Shown one piece after another: positions 54,501-64,000 of a stretch of 64,000 bases of DNA. Source of the DNA: Auanema rhodensis (lineage: Eukaryota > Animalia > Nematoda). A model generated the notes under the pieces. The model ran no database searches. It saw only the letters and a program-made list of their open reading frames with translations, and was not told the DNA's origin. Both the position numbers and the translations under genes were made by a program. Positions within the stretch are counted from its first letter, which is position 1. Every line of letters starts with the position of its first letter. The stretch covers positions 6,076,001 to 6,140,000 of the forward strand of contig OZ059896.1 in NCBI GenBank assembly GCA_964057225.1. The letters run 5' to 3'.

Positions 54501-57500
54501 ATTTTTATTCATATTGGTGCATGGTAACCATGACTTTGAAATTTACGTGAACTTTAATTTATGCTAATTAAATGTACACGTGATGTGCCCTTGGTATGTA
54601 ACTCGCTTCACGTGAAAGATAAAGAGATGCGGTATTCAAAATTAGATTCCCCATGTCCATATTAGTCTAAAAACAAATTTTTATTGATATTGGTGCATGG
54701 TAACCATGACTTTGAAATTTACGTGAACTTTAATTTATGCTAATTAAATGTACATGTGATGTGCACCTGGTATGTAACTCGCTTCACGTGAAAGATAAAA
54801 AGATGCGGTTTTCAAAATTAGATTCCCCATGTCCATATTAGTCTGAAAACAAATTTTTATTGATATTGGTTCATGGTAACCATGACTTTGAAATTTACGT
54901 GAACTTTAATTTATGCTAATTAAATGTACACTTGATGTGCACTTGATATGTAACTAGCTTCACGTGAAAGATAAAGAGATGCGGTTTTCAAAATTAGATT
55001 CCCCATGTCCATATTAGTCTAAAAACAAATTTTTATTGATATTGGTTCATGGTAACCATGACTTTGAAATTTACGTGAACTTTAATTTATGCTAATTAAA
55101 TATACACGTGATGTGCACTTGGTATGTAACTCGCTTCACGTGAAAGATAAAGAGATGCGGTTTTCAAAATTAGATTCCCCATGTCCATATTAGTCTAAAA
55201 ACAAATTTTTATTGATATAGGTGCATGGTAACCATGACTTTGAAATTTACGTGAACTTTAATTTATGCTAATTAAATGTACACGTGATGTGCACCTGGTA
55301 TGTAACTCGCTTCACGTGAAAGATAAAGAGATGCGGTTTTTAAAATTAGATTCCCCATGTCCATATTAGTCTAAAAACAAATTTTTATTGATATTGGTGC
55401 ATGGTAACCATGACTTTGAAATTTACGTGAACTTTAATTTATGCTAATTAAATGTACACTTGATGTGCACTTGATATGTAACTCGCTTCACGTGAAAGAT
55501 AAAAAGATGCGGTTTTCAAAATTAGATTCCCCATGTCCATATTAGTCTAAAAACAAATTTTTATTCATATTGGTGCATGGTAACCATGACTTTGAAATTT
55601 ACGTGAACTTTAATTTATGCTAATTAAATGTACACTTGATGTGCACTTGATATGTAACTCGCTTCACGTGAAAGATAAAAAGATGCGTTTTTCAAAATTA
55701 GATTCCCCATGTCCATATTAGTCTAAAAACAAATTTTTATTGATATTGGTTCATGGTAACCATGACTTTGAAATTTACGTGAACTTTAATTTATGCTAAT
55801 TAAATGTACACTTGATGTGCACTTGATATGTAACTCGCTTCACGTGAAAGATAAAAAGATGCGGTTTTCAAAATTAGATTCCCCATGTCCATATTAGTCT
55901 AAAAACAAATTTTTATTCATATTGGTGCATGGTAACCATGACTTTGAAATTTACGTGAACTTTAATTTATGCTAATTAAATGTACACTTGATGTGCACTT
56001 GGTATGTAACTCGCTTCACGTGAAAGACAAAGAGATGCGGTTTTCAAAATTAGATTCCCCATGTCCATATTAGTCTAGAAACGAATTTTTATTGATATTG
56101 GTGCATGGTAACCATGACTTTGAAATTTAGGTGAACTTTAATTTATGCTAATTAAATATACACGTGATGTGCCCTTGGTATGTAACTCGCTTTACGTGAA
56201 AGATAAAGAGATGCGGTTTTCAAAATTAGATTCCCCATGTCCATATTAGTCTAAAAACAAATTTTTACTGATATTGGTGCATGGTAACCATGACTTTGAA
56301 ATTTACGTGAACTTTAATTTATGCTAATTAAATGTACATGTGATGTGCACCTGGTATGTAACTCGCTTCACGTGAAAAATAAAGAAATGCGGTTTTTAAA
56401 ATTAAATTCCCCATGTCCATATTAGTCTAAAAACAAATTTTTATTAATATTGGTTCATGGTAACCATGACTTTGAAATTTACGTGAACTTTAATTTATGC
56501 TAATTAAATGTACACTTGATGTGCACTTGATATGTAACTCGCTTCACGTGAAAGATAAAGAGATGCGGTTTTCAAAATTAGATACCCCATGTCCATATTA
56601 GTCTAAAAACAAATTTTTATTGATATAGGTGCATGGTAACCATGACTTTGAAATTTACGTGAACTTTAATTTATGCTAATTAAATGTACACTTGATGTGC
56701 ACCTGGTATGTAACTCGCTTCATGTGAAAGATAAAAAGATAAGGTTTTCAAAATTAGATTCCCCATGTCCATATTAGTCTAAAAACAAATTTTTATTCAT
56801 ATTGGTGCATGGTAACCATGACTTTGAAATTTACGTGAACTTTAATTTATGCTAATTAAATGTACATGTGATGTGCACCTGGTATGTAACTCGCTTCACG
56901 TGGAAGAAAAAAAGATGCGGTTTTCAAAATTAGATTCCCCATGTCCATATTAGTCTAAAAACAAATTTTTATTAATATTGGTTCATGGTAACCATGACTT
57001 TGAAATTTACGTGAACTTTAATTTATGCTAATTAAATGTACACTTGATGTGCACTTGATATGTAACTCGCTTCACGTGAAAGATAAAGAGATGCGGTTTT
57101 TAAAATTGGATTCTCCATGTCCATATTAGTCTAAAAACAAATTTTTATTGATATTGGTGCTTGGTAACCATGACTTTGAAATTTACGTGAACTTTAATTT
57201 ATGCTAATTAAATATACACGTGATGTGCACTTGGTATGTAACTCGCTTCACGTGAAAGATAAAAAGATGCGGTTTTCAAAATTAGATTCCCCATGTCCAT
57301 ATTAGTCTAAAAACAAATTTTTATTGATATTGGTGCATGGTAACCATGACTTTGAAATTTACGTGAACTTTAATTTATGCTAATTAAATGTACAGTTGAT
57401 GTGCACTTGATATGTAACTCGCTTCACGTGAAAGAAAAAGAGATGCGGTTTTCAAAATTAGATACCCCATGTCCATATTAGTCTAAAAACAAATTTTTAT

Positions 57501-60500
57501 TCATATTGGTGCATGGTAACCATGACTTTGAAATTTACGTGAACTTTAATTTATGCTAATTAAATGTACACTTGATGTGCACTTGGTATGTAACTCGCTT
57601 CACGTGAAAGACAAAGAGATGCGGTTTTCAAAATTAGATTCCCCATGTCCATATTAGTCTAAAAACGAATTTTTATTGATATTGGTGCATGGTAACCATG
57701 ACTTTGAAATTTACGTGAACTTTAATTTATGCTAATTAAATATACACGTGATGTGCCCTTGGTATGTAACTCGCTTTACGTGAAAGATAAAGAGATGCGG
57801 TTTTCAAAATTAGATTCCCCATGTCCATATTAGTCTAAAAACAAATTTTTATTGATATTGGTGCATGGTAACCATGACTTTGAAATTTACGTGAACTTTA
57901 ATTTATGCTAATTAAATGTACATGTGATGTGCACCTGGTATGTAACTCGCTTCACGTGAAAAATAAAGAAATGCGGTTTTTAAAATTAAATTCCCCATGT
58001 CCATATTAGTCTAAAAACAAATTTTTATTAATATTGGTTCATGGTAACCATGACTTTGAAATTTACGTGAACTTTAATTTATGCTAATTAAATGTACACT
58101 TGATGTGCACTTGATATGTAACTCGCTTCACGTGAAAGATAAAGAGTTGCGGTTTTCAAAATTAGATACCCCATGTCCATATTAGTCTAAAAACAAATTT
58201 TTATTGATATTGGTGCATGGTAACCATGACTTTGAAATTTACGTGAACTTTAATTTATGCTAATTAAATATACACGTGATGTGCACTTGGTATGTAACTC
58301 GCTTCACGTGAAAGATAAAGAGATGCGGTTTTCAAAATTAGATTCCCCATGTCCATATTAGTCTAAAAACAATTTTTATTGATATTGGTGCATGGTAACC
58401 ATGACTTTGAAATTTACGTGTACTTTAATTTATGCTAATTAAATGTACACGTGATGTGTACTTGGTATGTAACTCGCTTCACGTGAAAGATAAAGAGATG
58501 CGGTTTTCAAAATTGGATTCTCCATGTCCATATTAGTCTAAAAACAAATTTTTATTGATATTGGTGCATGGTAACCATGACTTTGAAATTTACGTGAACT
58601 TTTATTTATGCTAATTAAATGTACACGTGATGTGCACTTGGTATGTAACTCGCTTCCTGTAAAAGATAAAGAGATGCGGTTTTTAAACTTAGATTCCCCA
58701 TGTCCATATTAGTCTAAAAACAAATTTTTATTGATATTGGTGCATGGTAACCATGACTTTGAAATTTACGTGAACTTTAATTTATGCTAATTAAATGTAC
58801 ACTTGATGTGCACTTGATATGTAACTAGCTTCACGTGAAAGATAAAGAGATGCGGTTTTCAAAATTAGATTCCCCATGTCCATATTAGTCTAAAAACAAA
58901 TTTTTATTGATATTGGTTCATGGTAACCATGACTTCGAAATTTACGTGAACTTTAATTTATGCTAATTAAATATACACGTGATGTGCACTTGGTATGTAA
59001 CTCGCTTCACGTGAAAGATAAAGAGATGCGGTTTTCAAAATTAGATTCCCCATGTCCATATTAGTCTAAAAACAAATTTTTATTGATATAGGTGCATGGT
59101 AACCATGACTTTGAAATTTACGTGAACTTTAATTTATGCTAATTAAATGTACACTTGATGTGCACCTGGTATGTAACTCGCTTCATGTGAAAGATAAAAA
59201 GATAAGGTTTTCAAAATTAGATTCCCCATGTCCATATTAGTCTAAAAACAAATTTTTATTCATATTGGTGCTTGGTAACCATGACTTTGAAATTTACGTG
59301 AACTTTAATTTATGCTAATTAAATATACACGTGATGTGCACTTGGTATGTAACTCGCTTCACGTGAAAGACAAAGAGATGCGGTTTTCAAAATTAGATTC
59401 CCCATGTCCATATTAGTCTAAAAACGAATTTTTATTGATATTGGTGCATTGTAACCATGACTTTGAAATTTACGTGAACTTTAATTTATGCTAATTAAAT
59501 ATACACGTGATGTGCCCTTGGTATGTAACTCGCTTCACGTGAAAGATAAAGAGATGCGGTTTTTAAAATTAGATTCCCCATGTCCATATTAGTCTAAAAA
59601 CAAATTTTTATTGATATTGGTGCATGGTAACCATGACTTTGAAATTTACGTGAACTTTAATTTATGCTAATTAAATGTACACTTGATGTGCACTTGATAT
59701 GTAACTCGCTTCACGTGAAAGATAAAAAGATGCGGTTTTCAAAATTAGATTCCCCATGTCCATATTAGTCTAAAAACAAATTTTTATTGATATTGGTTCA
59801 TGGTAACCATGACTTTGAAATTTACGTGAACTTTAATTTATGCTAATTAAATGTGAACTTGATGTGCACTTGATATGTAACTCGCTTCACGTGAAAGATA
59901 AAAAGATGCGGTTTTCAAAATTAGATTCCCCATGTCCATATTAGTCTAAAAACAAATTTTTATTCATATTGGTGCATGGTAACCATGACTTTGAAATTTA
60001 CGTGAACTTTAATTTATGCTAATTAAATGTACACTTGATGTGCACTTGGTATGTAACTCGCTTCACGTGAAAGACAAAGAGATGCGGTTTTCAAAATTAG
60101 ATTCCCCATGTCCATATTAGTCTAAAAACGAATTTTTATTGATATTGGTGCATGGTAACCATGACTTTGAAATTTACGTGAACTTTAATTTATGCTAATT
60201 AAATATACACGTGATGTGCCCTTGGTATGTAACTCGCTTTACGTGAAAGATAAAGAGATGCGGTTTTCAAAATTAGATTCCCCATGTCCATATTAGTCTA
60301 AAAACAAATTTTTATTAATATTGGTTCATGGTAACCATGACTTTGAAATTTACGTGAACTTTAATTTATGCTAATTAAATGTACACTTGATGTGCACTTG
60401 ATATGTAACTCGCTTCACGTGAAAGATAAAGAGATGCGGTTTTCAAAATTAGATACCCCATGTCCATATTAGTCTAAAAACGAATTTTTATTGATATTGG

Positions 60501-63500
60501 TGCATGGTAACCATGACTTTGAAATTTACGTGAACTTTAATTTATGCTAATTAAATATACACGTGATGTGCCCTTGGTATGTAACTCGCTTTACGTGAAA
60601 GATAAAGAGATGCGGTTTTTAAACTTAGATTCCCCATGTCCATATTAGTCTAAAAACAAATTTTTATTGATATTGGTGCGTGGTAACCATGACTTTGAAA
60701 TTTACGTGTACTTTAATTTATGCTAATTAAATGTACACGTGATGTGTACTTGGTATGTAACTCGCTTCACGTGAAAGATAAAGAGATGCGGTTTTCAAAA
60801 TTGGATTCTCCATGTCCATATCAGTCTAAAAACAAATTTTTATTGATATTGGTGCATGGTAACCATGACTTTGAAATTTACGTGAACTTTTATTTATGCT
60901 AATTAAATGTACACGTGATGTGCACTTGGTATGTAACTCGCTTCCTGTAAAAGATAAAGAGATGCGGTTTTTAAACTTAGATTCCCCATGTCCATATTAG
61001 TCTAAAAACAAATTTTTATTGATATTGGTGCATGGTAACCATGACTTTGAAATTTACGTGAACTTTAATTTATGCTAATTAAATATACACGTGATGTGCA
61101 CTTGGTATGTAACTCGCTTCACGTGGAAAATAAAGAAATGCGGTTTTCAAAATTAAATTCCCCATGTCCATATTAGTCTAAAAACAAAATTTTATTGATA
61201 TTGGTGCATGGTAACCATGACTTTGAAATTTACGTGAACTTTAATTTATGCTAATTAAATGTACACTTGATGTGCACTTGGTATGTAACTCGCTTCACGT
61301 GAAAGACAAAGAGATGCGGTTTTCAAAATTAGATTCCCCATGTCCATATTAGTCTAAAAACAAATTTTTATTGATATTGGTGCATGGTAACCATGACTTT
61401 GAAATTTACGTGAACTTTAATTTATGCTAATTAAATATACACGTGATGTGCCCTTGGTATGTAACTCGCTTTACGTGAAAGATAAAGAGATGCGGTTTTC
61501 AAAGTTAGATTCCCCATGTCCATATTAGTCTAAAAACAAATTTTTATTAATATTGGTTCATGGTAACTATGACTTTGAAATTTACGTGAACTTTAATTTA
61601 TGCTAATTAAATGTACACTTGATGTGCACTTGATATGTAACTCGCTTCACGTGAAAGATAAAGAGATGCGGTTTTTAAAATTGGATTCTCCATGTCCATA
61701 TTAGTCTAAAAACAAATTTTTATTGATATTGGTGCATGGTAACCATGACTTTGAAATTTACGTGAACTTTAATTTATGCTAATTAAATATACACGTGATG
61801 TGCACTTGGTATGTAACTCGCTTCACGTGAAAGATGAAGAGATGCGGTTTTCAAAATTAGATACCCCATGTCCATATTAGTCTAAAAACAAATTTTTATT
61901 GATATTGGTGCATGGTAACCATGACTTTGAAATTTACGTCAACTTTTATTTATGCTAATTAAATGTACATGTGATGTGCACCTGGTATGTAACTCGCTTC
62001 ACGTGAAAAATAAAGAAATGCGGTTTTTAAAATTAGATTCCCCATGTCCATATTAGTCTAAAAACAAATTTTTATTGATATTGGTGCATGGTAACCATGA
62101 CTTTGAAATTTAAGTGAACTTTAATTTATGCTAATTAAATGTACACTTGATGTGCACTTGATATGTAACTCGCTTCACGTGAAAGATAAAAAGATGCGGT
62201 TTTCAAAATTAGATTCCCCATGTCCATATTAGTCTAAAAACAAATTTTTATTGATATTGGTTCATGGTAACCATGACTTTGAAATTTACGTGAACTTTAA
62301 TTTATGCTAATTAAATGTACACTTGATGTGCACTTGATATGTAACTCGCTTCACGTGAAAGATAAAGAGATGCGGTTTTTAAAATTGGATTCTCTATGTC
62401 CATATTAGTCTAAAAACAATTTTTATTGATATTGGTGCATGGTAACAATGACTTTGAAATTTACGTTCACTTTAATTTATGCTAATTAAATGTACACTTG
62501 ATGTGCACTTGATATGTAACTCGCTTCACGTGAAAGATAAAGTGATGCGGTTTTCAAAATTAGATACCCCATGTCCATATTAGTCTAAAAACAAATTTTT
62601 ATTCATATTGGTGCATGGTAACCATGACTTTGAAATTTACGTGAACTTTAATTTATGCTAATTAAATGTACACTTGATGTGCACTTGATATGTAACTCGC
62701 TTCACGTGAAAGATAAAGTGATGCGGTTTTCAAAATTAGATACCCCATGTCCATATTAGTCTAAAAACAAATTTTTATTCATATTGGTGCATGGTAACCA
62801 TGACTTTGAAATTTACGTGAACTTTAATTTATGCTAATTAAATGTACACTTGATGTGCACTTGATATGTAACTCGCTTCACGTGAAAGATAAAGAGATGC
62901 GGTTTTCAAAATTAGATACCCCATGTCCATATTAGTCTAAAAACAAATTTTTATTCATATTGGTGCATGGTAACCATGACTTTGAAATTTACGTGAACTT
63001 TAATTTATGCTAATTAAATGTACACTTGATGTGCACTTGGTATGTAACTCGCTTCACGTGAAAGACAAAGAGATGCGGTTTTCAAAATTAGATTCCCCAT
63101 GTCCATATTAGTCTAAAAACGAATTTTTATTGATATTGGTGCATGGTAACCATGACTTTGAAATTTACGTGAACTTTAATTTATGCTAATTAAATATACA
63201 CGTGATGTGCCCTTGGTATGTAACTCGCTTTACGTGAAAGATAAAGAGATGCGGTTTTCAAAATTAGATTCCCCATGTCCATATTAGTCTAAAAACAAAT
63301 TTTTATTGATATTGGTGCATGGTAACCATGACTTTGAAATTTACGTGAACTTTAATTTATGCTAATTAAATGTACACGTGATGTGCACTTGGTATGTAAC
63401 TCGCTTCACGTGAAAAATAAAGAAATGCGGTTTTTAAAATTAAATTCCCCATGTCCATATTAGTCTAAAAACAAATTTTTATTGATATTGGTGCATGGTA

Positions 63501-64000
63501 ACCATGACTTTGAAATTTACTTGAACTTTAATTTATGCTAATTAAATGTACACGTGATGTGCACCTGGTATGTAACTCGCTTCACGTGAAAAATAAAGAA
63601 ATGCGGTTTTTAAAATTAAATTCCCCATGTCCATATTAGTCTAAAAACAAATTTTTATTAATATTGGTTCATGGTAACCATGACTTTGAAATTTACGTGA
63701 ACTTTAATTTATGCTAATTAAATGTACACTTGATGTGCACTTGATATGTAACTCGCTTCACGTGAAAGATAAAGAGATGCGGTTTTCAAAATTAGATACC
63801 CCATGTCCATATTAGTCTAAAAACAAATTTTTATTGATATTGGTGCATGGTAACCATGACTTTGAAATTTACGTGAACTTTAATTTATGCTAATTAAATA
63901 TACACGTGATGTGCATTTGGTATGTAACTCGCTTCACGTGAAAGATAAAGAGATGCGGTTTTCAAAATTAGATTCCCCATGTCCATATTAGTCTAAAAAC

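Larger units (their letters stand above)
1..64000. repeat. Tandem satellite DNA array, 176-bp monomer, ~363-364 head-to-tail copies, putatively centromeric/pericentromeric; family not identified
   Basis: AATTTATGCT recurs at 1, 177, ... 2113 (12x176+1). Phase is conserved 2268->9484 (41x176) and 28860->58252 (167x176). Monomers differ from consensus by only a few substitutions, and no non-satellite sequence was seen. The centromeric role is inferred from size and homogeneity only. Confidence 0.99.

Noticed and set aside
60720-60902. Related 60-aa ORF
   Set aside because: An independent TAG->CAG change in one monomer, which is expected by chance among ~364 copies.
1-64000. CRISPR-like array (palindromic repeats at regular spacing)
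   Set aside because: There are no unique spacers; the whole 176 bp repeats and no cas genes are present.
1-64000. A single fixed higher-order repeat, or strand inversions
   Set aside because: Periods vary locally (2, 4, 5, 7, 8/9, 13, 15 monomers) and each occurs only 2-3 times. No reverse-orientation monomers were seen.

Overview
The whole 64 kb window is one uninterrupted head-to-tail array of an AT-rich (~32% GC, hand count of the consensus) 176-bp satellite monomer. There are about 363-364 copies, all in one orientation, and the array runs past both window edges. Consensus: AATTTATGCTAATTAAATGTACACGTGATGTGCACTTGGTATGTAACTCGCTTCACGTGAAAGATAAAGAGATGCGGTTTTCAAAATTAGATTCCCCATGTCCATATTAGTCTAAAAACAAATTTTTATTGATATTGGTGCATGGTAACCATGACTTTGAAATTTACGTGAACTTT. 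I see no genes, RNA genes, transposon insertions or CRISPR arrays, and the three 60-aa ORFs are single monomers that lost a stop codon. The size and homogeneity fit a eukaryotic centromeric or pericentromeric satellite (inference), but I cannot name the family or organism. Four kinds of structure stand out. (i) The monomer is largely tiled by dyad symmetries, including a 37-bp hairpin across the monomer junction. (ii) Each monomer has three E-box (CANNTG) motifs, one matching the yeast CDEI consensus. (iii) There are nested in-register tandem duplications of 2, 4, 5, 7, 9, 13 and 15 monomers, one with a mappable chimeric junction monomer. (iv) Variants turn over in layers along the array, and monomer length is strongly conserved. 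I did not find a protein-coding biological system; all coordinates were read by hand.
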